A stretch of DNA of 64,000 nucleotides from Alphaproteobacteria bacterium (GTDB lineage: Bacteria > Pseudomonadota > Alphaproteobacteria > GCA-2731375). Every line of letters begins with the position of its first letter. Position 1 is the first letter of the stretch. Location: positions 1-64,000 of the forward strand of contig CBDDBZ010000022.1 of NCBI GenBank assembly GCA_965225945.1, written 5' to 3'. Positions 20,992-30,862 of this stretch are shown here, in pieces. The notes under the pieces are model-generated. The model was not told where the DNA came from. It worked only from the letters and a program-made list of their open reading frames with translations, and ran no database searches. The position numbers and the translations under genes were made by a program.

Positions 20992-21706
20992 GGTCCTGGA
21001 GATGATGGCCGCACTCAAGCTCGCCGGCATGCGCGACGCGTTCGACGAGGTGCTCGCCGACGGCCTCAAGCGCCAGCATCCGATGCAGCGAATCATCGGC
21101 GAGCTGTTGAAGGCCGAGATCGCCGACAAGCAGGCGCGATCCATCAAGTACCAGATGAGTGGCGCCAAGCTGCCGCTGGCCAAGGAGCTGGCCGACTTCG
21201 ACTTCACCGACACCCCGGTCAACGAGCCGCTGGTCCGCGAGTTGGCGGTCGGCGGCTTCCTGGCCAACCAGCGCAACGCCGTGCTGATCGGCGGCACCGG
21301 CACCGGCAAGAGCCATCTCGCCGTCGCCATCGCGCGGGCCTGCATCCGCGATGGCGCCCGGGGCCGCTTCTTCAACGTCGTCGACCTGGTCAACCGGCTC
21401 GAGGCCGAAGCCCGCGCCGGCCGCCAGGGCCGGCTCGCCGATCAGCTGGCCCGGCGCGACCTCGTCATCCTCGACGAGCTCGGCTACCTGCCCTTCGCCC
21501 AAACCGGAGGCCAGCTGCTGTTCCACCTCGTCAGCCGGCTCTACGAGCGCACCTCGATCATCGTCACCACCAACCTGACCTTCGGCGAATGGCCGTCCGT
21601 CTTCGGCGACGCCAAGATGACCACCGCGCTCCTCGATCGTCTGACGCACCACTGCGAGATCATCGAGACCGGAAACGACTCCTGGCGCTTCAAGAATCGG
21701 TCCTAA
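20978..21706 (+). CDS. istB: IS21 helper ATPase IstB
   Basis: Walker [24 protein letters not shown]. Confidence 0.95.
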   Translation: MERHEVLEMMAALKLAGMRDAFDEVLADGLKRQHPMQRIIGELLKAEIADKQARSIKYQMSGAKLPLAKELADFDFTDTPVNEPLVRELAVGGFLANQRNAVLIGGTGTGKSHLAVAIARACIRDGARGRFFNVVDLVNRLEAEARAGRQGRLADQLARRDLVILDELGYLPFAQTGGQLLFHLVSRLYERTSIIVTTNLTFGEWPSVFGDAKMTTALLDRLTHHCEIIETGNDSWRFKNRS

Positions 21707-21961
21707 AGGCAACCGATCCACCTGCCGCCCGGTCGCCCAGGTGGGCCCACAGGAACCTCCCACGCGCGGTCCGCCGCCAGCCGCGTGGTGGGCGCGTCGG
21801 CCCGCGCGCGGGCCCCTCCTATGGACTACCTGTACGACCTCCGCCGTGCATCCCCAAAGGGGTCAACATTGCACGCCGATAGGGGGTCAATGTTCAACGC
21901 CGATTGACAGCCTTTCCCTTTCCCTCAAAACTGGACCGCACCCCTGTCCTGACACAGAGAA

Positions 21962-22450
21962 ATGAGTGACAGTTCTTCCGAGGAGGAACTGATGGAACGA
22001 AAAGGTGCACGGCGTTTCAGCCGAGACTTCAAGCTGTCGGCGCTGGCGCGGATGGAGTCGGGCGAGAACGTCTCGGCGCTGTCACGCGAGCTCGAGGTCC
22101 GGCGCAAGCTGCTCTACGAGTGGCGCGATGCCTACCGAGCGGGCGGCGCGGAGGCCTTGCGCCCGCCCGGCCGGCCCAGAAAGGGAAGCACGGTCGTCGG
22201 AGGGAGGCGGGCGCAAGGCCTCCGCGCCGGGTCCGAAAGTGCTGTTCCGGCGGTCCGGCCGGATGCCCTGAGCCTGGCGCGCCGGCGGATCGCCGAGCTG
22301 GAGCGGAAGGTCGGCCAGCAGGCCTTGGAAGCGGATTTTTTCAGGCAAGCCTTGCGGCTCTCGGAGAGCTGCCGCGGAGCGAACGGTCGCTCTGGCGGGA
22401 GCGCGTCTTCGGCCTCGTCCGGGCCGGGTCGCGGCGGCAAGGCGGATTGA
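21962..22450 (+). CDS. IS3 OrfA (HTH plus leucine zipper)
   Basis: RRFSRDFKL..LYEWRD..IAELERKVGQQALEADFF; T6 run near 22335 is a likely frameshift site. Confidence 0.85.
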   Translation: MSDSSSEEELMERKGARRFSRDFKLSALARMESGENVSALSRELEVRRKLLYEWRDAYRAGGAEALRPPGRPRKGSTVVGGRRAQGLRAGSESAVPAVRPDALSLARRRIAELERKVGQQALEADFFRQALRLSESCRGANGRSGGSASSASSGPGRGGKAD

Positions 22451-22452
22451 GC

Positions 22453-23313
22453 ATGGGACGGATGTGCGATCTGATGGGGCTGAGCCGATCGAGCTTTCAC
22501 CGCCATTGGCGGGCATCGAGGCCGAGGGCTGAGGAAACGGCGTTACGCGATAAGCTCCAGCGCCTGGCGATCGACAACAAACATTACGGCTATCGGCGGA
22601 TCGGGGCGCTGTTGCGGCGCGAGGGCTGGAGCGTCAACCACAAGCGGGTGCTGCGTTTGATGCGCGAGGACAATCTGCTATGCCTGCGTCGACGGAGCTT
22701 CGCGCCGGCTACCACGGACTCGAAGCATAGCTATCGGATCTATCCCAGCCTGGCGCGCCGGTTGGAGACGACGGCCCCCAACCAGCTCTGGGTCGCCGAC
22801 ATCACCTATGTTCGCTTGCTGGAGGGCTTCGCCTATCTGGCGGTCGTGCTCGATGCGCACAGCCGGCGCGTCATCGGCTGGGCCTTGGCCGATCATCTGA
22901 AGGCGAGCCTGACGCTGGCGGCCTTGGATATGGCGCTTCTGGAGCGCGAGGTGATCCCCGATGGCCTGGTGCATCACTCCGATCGCGGCGTTCAATATGC
23001 CTCCGGCGACTACATCGCCCGCCTGGAGGCCCATGGCATCCTGCCCTCGATGAGCCGGATCGCCTGCCCTTACGACAACGCCATGGCGGAGAGCTTCATG
23101 AAGACCTTGAAGACAGAGGAGGTTGAGGGCAGGCCCTACCGGGACATCGCCCACGCCGAGAGCGACATCGCCAGCTTCATCAAAGAGGTCTACAACAAGA
23201 CGCGCCTCCACTCGGCGCTTCGATACCTATCACCAGAGGAGTTCGAAAACACCATCATCACCCCAGAGACCGCCGCCCGGCGGGCGCTGGAAATGACAAC
23301 CAACTGTCCCTGA
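22453..23313 (+). CDS. IS3 OrfB integrase core
   Basis: YGYRR, WVADITY, HHSDRGVQY, DNAMAES, HSALRYLSP. Confidence 0.9.
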   Translation: MGRMCDLMGLSRSSFHRHWRASRPRAEETALRDKLQRLAIDNKHYGYRRIGALLRREGWSVNHKRVLRLMREDNLLCLRRRSFAPATTDSKHSYRIYPSLARRLETTAPNQLWVADITYVRLLEGFAYLAVVLDAHSRRVIGWALADHLKASLTLAALDMALLEREVIPDGLVHHSDRGVQYASGDYIARLEAHGILPSMSRIACPYDNAMAESFMKTLKTEEVEGRPYRDIAHAESDIASFIKEVYNKTRLHSALRYLSPEEFENTIITPETAARRALEMTTNCP

Positions 23314-23533
23314 TTCTTTGTGTCATCCAGGGGGTGCACTCCAAAACTGTCACCGGAAATCCTGTCACCGGAAATCCCACAACCAAGACCCTAATCGGTC
23401 ATTTCGGTAAGCCAGCCTCGCCGAGCACGCGGGCCAGCCGGTCCACCCTCGAAGCGCGACGCTGTCGAGAGACTGATGCCCCATGGCGGACCAGGGTAAG
23501 ATGCGGAATTGAAGTTCTCGGGAAGACTGAAAC

Positions 23534-24760
23534 ATGGTTGAGATCAACGCCGACCGCCTGATCGACAACTTGCGCCATCTCAGAACCTTTGGCGCCTACG
23601 ATCCAGGGGTCATTCGGCCATCGCTGTCGCCGGTGGATATGGAATCGAGGCGCTGGCTGGTCGCTCGAATGGCCGAAGCCGGTCTCCAAGCCAGCATCGA
23701 CGGCGTCGGCAACGTCATCGGAAGATCTGGGAATGCCGGCAAGGCGCTGCTGATCGGATCGCACAGCGACACCCAGCCTAGAGGCGGTTGGCTGGACGGC
23801 GCCATGGGCGTGATTTATGGCGTCGAGGTTGCCCACGCCCTCCGGGAATCGGAGGAGACTCAGGATCTCGCCGTCGACGTCGCCTCCTGGATCGACGAAG
23901 AGGGCACCTACTACGGTTGCCTCGGAAGCCATTCATTCTGCGGCTCCCTCCCCCCCGACGCCATCGAAACCGCCACCTCGGGCCAGGGCCAGCGCTTGGC
24001 GGACGCGATCGTGGCCGCCGGTCTCGACGGATTGCCGCCGATGCGGCTCGAAGATGGCCGCTATCGGGGCTATCTCGAGGCCCACATCGAACAGGGACCC
24101 TATCTCGAGGAAACCGGAAACCAGATCGGCGTGGTGACTGGCATTGTCGGTATTCGCGGCTTTCGCATTACCTTCGCCGGCGAGCAAAACCACGCCGGAA
24201 CGACGCCGATGGCGCGGCGCAAGGACGCCGGCGTCGCCCTGATTGAGCTCGGCCATCAAATTCGACGGGAATTCTCCGAACTGGCCGGGGATAGAACGGT
24301 CTGGACCATTGGTCACGCCGCCTTCGATCCAGGCGCACAATCGATCGTACCCGGCCGGGCCGAAATGCTGTTTCAGTTCCGCGATCCCTATGAGGATCGC
24401 CTGGAGATGCTGGAGCAGGCGCTGAGAGAAATCGCCGAACGGGCCACCAGAGCGGGGCCTGTCGCGGTATCGGTCGCCTCGACCGGACATCGCGTTGTTC
24501 CGACCATCATGGATGATGCGTTACTGAAGCATATTGCCGATGCGGCTGAGATCCATGCACCTGGCAATTGGATGCATATGCCGAGTGCCGCCGGCCATGA
24601 CGCCATGATCCTGGCGGACGTGATGCCATGCGCCATGCTTTTCGTTCCCAGCATCGGCGGCATCAGCCATGACTTCGCCGAAGACACCGCGGAAGAGGAT
24701 ATCGTTGCCGGCTGTCGGGTGATGGCCACCGCGGCGGTATCGATTCTGAGTGACGATTGA
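23534..24760 (+). CDS. M20 Zn-dependent hydantoinase/carbamoylase-family amidohydrolase
   Basis: GSHSD, GGWLDG, DEEG, EAHIEQG, HAGTTPM, AGHDA, GISH. Confidence 0.92.
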   Translation: MVEINADRLIDNLRHLRTFGAYDPGVIRPSLSPVDMESRRWLVARMAEAGLQASIDGVGNVIGRSGNAGKALLIGSHSDTQPRGGWLDGAMGVIYGVEVAHALRESEETQDLAVDVASWIDEEGTYYGCLGSHSFCGSLPPDAIETATSGQGQRLADAIVAAGLDGLPPMRLEDGRYRGYLEAHIEQGPYLEETGNQIGVVTGIVGIRGFRITFAGEQNHAGTTPMARRKDAGVALIELGHQIRREFSELAGDRTVWTIGHAAFDPGAQSIVPGRAEMLFQFRDPYEDRLEMLEQALREIAERATRAGPVAVSVASTGHRVVPTIMDDALLKHIADAAEIHAPGNWMHMPSAAGHDAMILADVMPCAMLFVPSIGGISHDFAEDTAEEDIVAGCRVMATAAVSILSDD

Positions 24761-24854
24761 CGCGAGGGCTTCGTGCATTCCCTAGGTGTCGAGCGATCTC
24801 TCAGGCGGACCGACAGCGCTTGGACATAAGGCTTACATCGAGTGCCCGCGGGGC

Positions 24855-25349
24855 TCAGGCAAAGCGCGTCCTCGCCCAGCCTTCGTCGAAGGGGCTGTTG
24901 AAGAGAGGTTCCGACGTCTTGTGTTTGAATAGCCATGCATCATTGACCCGGACGTACTGCTCGCGGTCGATGCCCGCCCGCCACATGGCCCGGCCGTCGG
25001 CCTCGACGATGCACGGCATGAACAGATACCACTGGGCCTTGGCCGCATCACCGTCTACTTGGATTTGACCGTTCAGACTGTAGTGAATGGCGAAGCTGAA
25101 GATTTTCGAGGCGCCAAGGAAGAAGCCTCGTATGGCTTCCCGCCCCTCGAAACGGCCTAAGCTCGGGCTTTCCCAAACCGCGTCTTCCGTGAAAAGCGCC
25201 GCGATGGCATCTGGATTGTAGTTGTCGTCACAATGGGCCGCGTAGAGCGCCTTCAGGTTGCGGATGGCTTCCGCATCCTCGAGCGCGCGTAGGCGCCTTT
25301 CCAATCGCTCCACCCGGGCCATGTCGATGGTTTCGTGCTGTTCCGTCAT
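24855..25349 (-). CDS. SnoaL/NTF2-like domain protein
   Basis: LEDAEAIRNLKALYAAHCD, LFTEDAVW, GREAIR, W.F tail. Confidence 0.85.
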   Translation of the reverse strand: MTEQHETIDMARVERLERRLRALEDAEAIRNLKALYAAHCDDNYNPDAIAALFTEDAVWESPSLGRFEGREAIRGFFLGASKIFSFAIHYSLNGQIQVDGDAAKAQWYLFMPCIVEADGRAMWRAGIDREQYVRVNDAWLFKHKTSEPLFNSPFDEGWARTRFA

Positions 25350-25611
25350 ATGCCTGCTCCCTAGCTTCGATCATCGAATAGACATTCGGAGATCATGCTC
25401 GGTCTTCGAGCGTCTCCTGACGCGGATCCCCTGACTAATGTTTACGGTCACATGTTAGCGGGTCTTTCTTCCACAAGGCGGGCACGGCGGCGTGTGCCGC
25501 ACTCCTCTGGGCGACTTTCGGGGATGCGCGGCAGCGCAGTATGGACCGCGAGCCGATATACGCGGCTCGGGATCCAGATGTGGGCAGACGTTCCGGCCTC
25601 GCGTTGGACGC

Positions 25612-26031
25612 CTATTCCGCGGCTTGCTCCGCCATCGCGTCGACCGCCACGGTCTCGTGGACGGCCGGCGAATAGATCTCCAGCAATTCCAGGTCGTCCG
25701 AGCAGTCGAGCTCGTCATGGACGATGCCGGCCGGCTGCAGGTAGCAATCGCCGGCGTGGAAGGTGTGCTCGCCATGGCCTTCATAGGTGAGCTTGATCCA
25801 GCCCTTCAGCACGTAAGCCATCTGGAAATCGCAGAGGTGCTGATGCGGACGGGTGGTGTGCAGCTCGTGGCCGTCTTCGCCCTCCTTCAGGCGGACGATG
25901 TGGGCGTGGTGCTTGCCGTGCGTCGCCTCGGCTATGCCGAGGTCACGATACTCCAGGAAGCTGCGCAGGCCGGTCTTGTAGACCGCGTCCTTGGCGTGGC
26001 TGGCGGAAAATTTCTGCTTCGATTCGCTCAT
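25612..26031 (-). CDS. Cupin-domain protein
   Basis: YRDLGI, HQH..DFQ..YVLKGW, GDCYLQPAGIVHDE, LLEIYSPA. Confidence 0.85.
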   Translation of the reverse strand: MSESKQKFSASHAKDAVYKTGLRSFLEYRDLGIAEATHGKHHAHIVRLKEGEDGHELHTTRPHQHLCDFQMAYVLKGWIKLTYEGHGEHTFHAGDCYLQPAGIVHDELDCSDDLELLEIYSPAVHETVAVDAMAEQAAE

Positions 26032-26594
26032 GGCAACCAATCCCTTTGTCTGAGCTGGGATGTCCTAAATGATTCCTCCCGGCCACCGAAGACGCTAGCA
26101 ACTTCGAGCATCGATTGGAAGCGTGGCCATTCACGCCGGTTTGGCGGCTTGGGATGGGCCACTCGGTGCGTCCGAGACCACGTCAAGGTGCAATCGGGCG
26201 AGAGAAAACGACCGTCCGGCGCCTCGGTCACGGCATCCTCGCCGCACCTTTCCCTTCTCCCCTGCCCCGAAGCCCGCTCCGCGAGCCTTTCCCCCGGAGC
26301 CACCGTCGCTCGTTCGCCCAACCCGGCGAGCGGCGGTGGCGGAGAGGGAAAGGCGGGCCATTTCCCCTGGTGAAACCGAGCCCGCCTCATTTCTGGGGAA
26401 GTATACCATTTCCTCGACGCTCTCATCCCTTCCCGTGCGATGGCGCCATGGCCCGTTGGCGCGCCTCGTGGTGCCGCATTATGTGAGGCAGCGCGGCAGC
26501 CGCCGGAGGGAGAGCTTCTTCGGCGAGGCCGCGCCTATCTCGATCCCCTGGCCGAGGCCACGACAGACGCGCCCCTCCCCGCTCGGCGGGCCGG

Positions 26595-27527
26595 CTAATC
26601 GGTCGGGATCCAACCGTCGGCCTGATTTTCGAGCGCCTCGCGTCGAGCCTCTGAAATCTTGTCGCGGATTTGATCGAGGTAGTATGCGCTCGCCCCCGGC
26701 TTGTGGATCCGCGCCAGCATCAGCCAGAACCATGCCTTCTCGTCGTCCTGCTCGACACCTTCGCCACGGATACGGAGGCGCGCGAGGAAAAGTTGGGCGT
26801 CCGCATTGCCTTGCTCGGCCGCGCGCAAAAAATACCCCGCCGCCTCGCGCCGGTCCCTGGCGAGGCCGCGGCCGTGATAGTAGAGAAATCCCAGATCGAA
26901 TTGCGCGTTGCCGTAGCCGGCTTCGGCGGCTTCGCGAAACAGCGCCGCCGCCTTGGCCCGGTCCCTGGGGACACCTTGGCCGAAATAATAGCAATAGCCG
27001 AGATTGCGTTTCGCCTTGAGATGTCCCGCCGCCGCCGCCCGCTCGAACCAACGGACCGCGATTGCAAACGAGCGCGCGACGCCCTGGCCCTGATAGTAGA
27101 GGGTTCCCAGGTTGCGCTGCGCTTTGACGTTGCCTTGCTCGGCCGAGCGGCGGTACCACTCGGCCGCCTGCTTGGGGTCCTGAAAGCCGCCCTTGCCTTC
27201 CTGCCAATAGATGGCGAGGATGCGCTGTGCCTCGGCGTGGCCTTGCTCGGCCGCCATGGCGAACCAGCGCTTCGCTTCCACCGCGTCCACGGCGACGCCG
27301 AGACCGGCGTCGTGCATCAAACCGAGATGGTATTGCGCGCTGGCATCGCCGGTCTCGCCGGCCGCTCGCAGCGCGCCGAGCGCGGCTTCATAGTCGCCGG
27401 CCGAGAACGCCTGCAAGCCGCGTTCGCTGTCCGCCAGCGCCGGGCCCATGGCCAGCCAGCACGCGAGGGCAAACGCGGTCACTCGAACGGCGGTCAGCGC
27501 TTTTTGGCACCACGGCATGGGGGCCAT
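26595..27527 (-). CDS. Sel1-like repeat protein with a signal peptide
   Basis: Repeated AQY.LG..Y..G.GV..D..A..W...AAEQG units; start position uncertain. Confidence 0.88.
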   Translation of the reverse strand: MAPMPWCQKALTAVRVTAFALACWLAMGPALADSERGLQAFSAGDYEAALGALRAAGETGDASAQYHLGLMHDAGLGVAVDAVEAKRWFAMAAEQGHAEAQRILAIYWQEGKGGFQDPKQAAEWYRRSAEQGNVKAQRNLGTLYYQGQGVARSFAIAVRWFERAAAAGHLKAKRNLGYCYYFGQGVPRDRAKAAALFREAAEAGYGNAQFDLGFLYYHGRGLARDRREAAGYFLRAAEQGNADAQLFLARLRIRGEGVEQDDEKAWFWLMLARIHKPGASAYYLDQIRDKISEARREALENQADGWIPTD

Positions 27528-27654
27528 TGCAGCAGAAAAGCGCGCCTCGCGAAAGCCGCCCGAGGCCGGCGGTCGCACAGACCTCGAACGCCGCCACGCG
27601 CTCGGCACCGCAATGTGGGAAATCGCGGTTGGCGCCAGCGCTGGCGCCAGCGCC

Positions 27655-28387
27655 GGAAAAGGGGTTATTCTACTTTTTCGGCGGTTTGCGGGGCCGGCCA
27701 CGGGGTCTCAGGGTGGACGCGAGGCCGAGCCGACGGGCGGTGCGCGGAACCCAGCGATCGGTGCCGAACGGCGTCCCGCGATTGACGCTGTGGCGAACCG
27801 CCTCGAGTTGCGCCGCCGCTTCCGCACGCCCGACCACGGCCCGCCAGTTGGCCGGCAACGGCACCGGGCACTGCCGCTTCGGCGCGCCGGCCGGCGGCGC
27901 CGCCGCGAGGCTCGACCAGCGCCAGTCTTCGGCTCGGGCAACCAGACCCGCGCGCAGCGGATTTCGCTCCACGTAGCGCACGACCGTCAACAGGTGATCG
28001 TCGCGCTGGATCGGAAAGGCCTTGAAGCGGCCCTGCCAGACATGCCCGCTGGTGGCGTGGCGGCGGTGGTGGCGCCGGACATGCGCGGTCATGAGCCATT
28101 GCATCCACGCGCTGAGGCCCTCGTCGTCCGGCGGCCAGAGGACGAGATGAAAATGGTTGGGCATGACGCAATAGGCGGCGAGGCGCATGGCGATGCGCTC
28201 CGAGGCCTCGCCGATCAAGCGGACGAAGGCGGCGAAATCGTCATCGTCGTGGAATACCGTCGCCTTGGCGTTGCCGCGGTTGATGACGTGATAGGCCATG
28301 TTGGCGACGGCGGCGCGTGCGGTGCGAGGCATGCGCCGATCCTAACGCAACCGTTCCGTCAAATAAAGTACAATGACCCCTTTTTCC
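27655..28387 (-). mobile_element. RAYT/Y1 transposase unit bounded by imperfect inverted repeats
   Basis: GGAAAAGGGGTTATTCTACTTT at the left versus AAAGTACAATGACCCCTTTTTCC at the right. Confidence 0.7.
27670..28332 (-). CDS. REP-associated tyrosine transposase (HUH, Y1)
   Basis: MPRTAR, YHVINRGN, YCVMPNHFHL, GHVWQGRFK, YVERNP.RAGL, WRWSS, RGRPRK tail. Confidence 0.93.
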   Translation of the reverse strand: MPRTARAAVANMAYHVINRGNAKATVFHDDDDFAAFVRLIGEASERIAMRLAAYCVMPNHFHLVLWPPDDEGLSAWMQWLMTAHVRRHHRRHATSGHVWQGRFKAFPIQRDDHLLTVVRYVERNPLRAGLVARAEDWRWSSLAAAPPAGAPKRQCPVPLPANWRAVVGRAEAAAQLEAVRHSVNRGTPFGTDRWVPRTARRLGLASTLRPRGRPRKPPKK

Positions 28388-28403
28388 AGGGTCGGATCAT
28401 GCG

Positions 28404-29006
28404 CTAATTCGCGAAGCTGTCGACCAGCTCCTCGAGGCGGGCCTTGGCCCCGCCGAGGACGGCCTCGCCGTCGCCGACGAGGAGCGTTTCGAAATCGAGA
28501 TCCAGCAGCTTGCGCACGCTCATCCGCAGCCGCGTGGGGTCGTCCATGACCCGTTCGGACAAGAGCCCGCAGCTGCCGGGCGGGTTGCCGGTCACGGCAT
28601 CGCCGAGGATCAAGATCCTCCTCTCCCGCCAGTAGAGCGCCACCTCGCCAGGTGATTTACCGGACGCGCCGATCACCTCGAGGGGACCAATCTCGTCGCC
28701 CACCCGGAGCTCGTCGTCGATCTCGGCCCCTTGGCCGCGGGCATGCGCCGCGTCGTCCGGGTGGATCGCCGTCCGCGCCGCCGTTCTGGCCCGCACGGAA
28801 TTGGCGGCGCGCGAGTGATTTCGGTTGGTGAGCAGAATTCGCGCCACGCCCTCTCGGGCGATTTGCTCGAGAACGCCCTCCCCGGGCTCGACCGGATCGA
28901 TGCACAGGTTGCCGTCGGGATGACGCAGCAGATGGCCATTGAAATTGTAGCCGTGGGGCTCGGAGAACCAGGCCCAGGTGAATATGTCGGCGACGATCTC
29001 GCGCAT
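28404..29006 (-). CDS. MBL-fold hydrolase-like protein
   Basis: GNLCIDP, LLTNRNHSRA, GKSPGE, ILGDA, LVGDG. Confidence 0.75.
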   Translation of the reverse strand: MREIVADIFTWAWFSEPHGYNFNGHLLRHPDGNLCIDPVEPGEGVLEQIAREGVARILLTNRNHSRAANSVRARTAARTAIHPDDAAHARGQGAEIDDELRVGDEIGPLEVIGASGKSPGEVALYWRERRILILGDAVTGNPPGSCGLLSERVMDDPTRLRMSVRKLLDLDFETLLVGDGEAVLGGAKARLEELVDSFAN

Positions 29007-29160
29007 TCCAACCTCCCGCTTCGGGCCCATCTAACCATGATTTCACCATCGCCGCACGACTCGCGGCAGGGTCCTGGACCCGGGCGACTCCTCCACCATG
29101 AGATGCAAGGGCGAAACCAAGCGCCTTCCCGTCCACGCAAATCCGCGAAGAGCTTTTTAT

Positions 29161-30213
29161 GGCTCAATTCGTGAATTGTATGCGTCACCTTGTTACGGCG
29201 GCGGCGAGGCAGGCTCGGTCATTGGCGCCGGGGGCGAGGCCGACGAGGTGGAACCAGCTCAGGTAGTTGTCCAGATAGCGGGTGGCGATGCCGCGGCGGG
29301 GACGCAGGAAGTCCTTCAACCGGCTGTGGCGGCTGTTCACCGTCTGCACATGCAGATCGCCCCGAACCCGTTCCCCCATCGAGCGGTTGAGTGCTTCGTG
29401 GCTCACCCCGAGCGCGGCGGCGCACGGTGGGTAGCTCGCGCCGCCGTCGGAGACCAGCAGGGCGTCCTTCGCGACCACCGGGTCGAGGGCAGCCGTGAGC
29501 GCCGCCGCATCGACCCTGGGCAGCACCGCGCTGACCGTCGTTCCGCTCCGGTCCGCCGCCATGAGAACCGGTACCTGCTCGCGCGAGAGGCCGCGCTTCT
29601 TCGCCTTGCCGCCCCGCCGCCGTGCCTTGCGCCCCAGCCCGCGCGCGCCCTTCCGGCTCTCCAGGACGTAGGTCTCGTCCGCTTCCACGATCCCCTTGAG
29701 CACCTCCGAATCGCTCCGCGCCGCCGCCAGAAACCGGTGACGCCAGCGGAACGCCGTGCTCACCGCCACGTCGCAGCGCGCCGCCGACGCCTTCACCGTC
29801 TCCCCCTTCGCCAGCGACGCCCCGAACGACAGCCAGCGTTCCTTGTGGTGCAAGCCCGACAGCGGCGTACCGCTCAGCGCGTTGAAGGTCCTGCCGCAGC
29901 CCTTGCACTGGTAGCGCCGCAGACCCCGCGCCATACCGCGCGAAACCGCCCCTGGGCGCCATACCGCGCGAAACCGCCCCTTCGCTCGCGCAGTGCGGAC
30001 AGCGCCGGGCCTCGTCCACACCAAGCTCGATCGCGGCCTTCGATGCCTCGCCCTCGCTCCGGCCCGACAGCACCGCGAGCGCCTCGCGCCGCTGCGCGCG
30101 CGTCAGCCCGCGCGCCGCCGAAAGCCACACCTGGAAACCCTTGCCGTCCATAACCCAACCTCCTGACGTTCCAGGCACTCTATCACTAATGCATACAATT
30201 CACGAATTGAGCC
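29161..30213 (-). mobile_element. IS1595-family element, copy A; transposase (29185-30151) frameshifted by a 28-bp internal duplication
   Basis: TIR GGCTCAATTCGTGAATTGTATGC at both ends; near-identical to 44914-45938 apart from the duplicated GCGCCATACCGCGCGAAACCGCCCCT near 29928-29982. Confidence 0.92.
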
Positions 30214-30267
30214 TTTTTTAATCTGTGACCGAAGAGCGCATAAATCAACCGATCCCATAGGGTCGGA

Positions 30268-30567
30268 TCATGCTCTACGTCCATCGGTCTTTCGGCGCTT
30301 TCTCGCCCGCCGCCGTGCCACCTTGCCTTTGGGCTTCTTTCGGCTCCAGACTCCCAGCGCGACGATGCCGACGGCAACGACGACCACGATCGGCACAATA
30401 ACGTCGAGGGGGAGATCGATGCCGGCGGAAGGCCGGCTCCGGGTATCATGATAGGCACCGGACGGGGTCGGGGCGAGGGTGGCGAGCGCCACGAATAGAG
30501 CGGCGAGGACGCCCAGCGGCCGAGGCGTAAGGTGAAAGGCGCCCCCTCGACCTTGCCGCTGCTCCAT
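30268..30567 (-). CDS. Small membrane protein: signal-like helix, C-terminal TM helix, basic tail
   Basis: LGVLAALFVALATLA...VIVPIVVVVAVGIVALGVWSRKKPKGK. Confidence 0.55.
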   Translation of the reverse strand: MEQRQGRGGAFHLTPRPLGVLAALFVALATLAPTPSGAYHDTRSRPSAGIDLPLDVIVPIVVVVAVGIVALGVWSRKKPKGKVARRRARKRRKTDGRRA

Positions 30568-30667
30568 TGCTAAATCCACCCGCGAGACTTCGCTCATTGG
30601 CGCGCTACGAAGTCTAGCACGCTTTACCTTCGCATTCGGAAGCCATCCGACCCCTTCGAGAGCGCCC

Positions 30668-30768
30668 GGGCGCTTGCCCGATGCCCCCCATCGCGCGGCG
30701 CGGCGCGCCTGCCCCAGAGGCCGATTTGGCGCCATCAAACGTTTCCATAGGGTCGCATCATGCTCTAG
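30668..30768 (-). repeat. Dispersed TAGAGCATGAT-terminated repeat (MITE-like); related copies or fragments at 42866-42980, 54911-54947, 30255-30277, 28386-28406, 5059-5070, 18271-18290
   Basis: Shared core TAGAGCATGATCCGACC..CGTTTGATGG..CCAAATCGGCC.CTGGGGCAGGCGCGCCGCGCCGCGCGATG. Confidence 0.8.
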
Positions 30769-30862
30769 ACTCCCCGCCACGGTGGCGTGGCACGGCCGGG
30801 GCGCACGCTCATGACCCGAGGCCCGGCCATCCGCCCTCGGCCAAATTGGGAAAGCCGAAGCA

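Larger units (their letters stand above)
19365..21909 (+). mobile_element. IS21-family insertion sequence
   Basis: TGT...ACA ends with reiterated TTGACCCC sites; near-matching flanks CCCTTT/GCCTTT; istA-istB inside. Confidence 0.93.
21932..23343 (+). mobile_element. IS3-family insertion sequence
   Basis: TIRs TGGACCGCACCCCT..GACACA / TGTGTC..GGGGTGCACTCCA; 4-bp target duplication AAAC. Confidence 0.92.
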
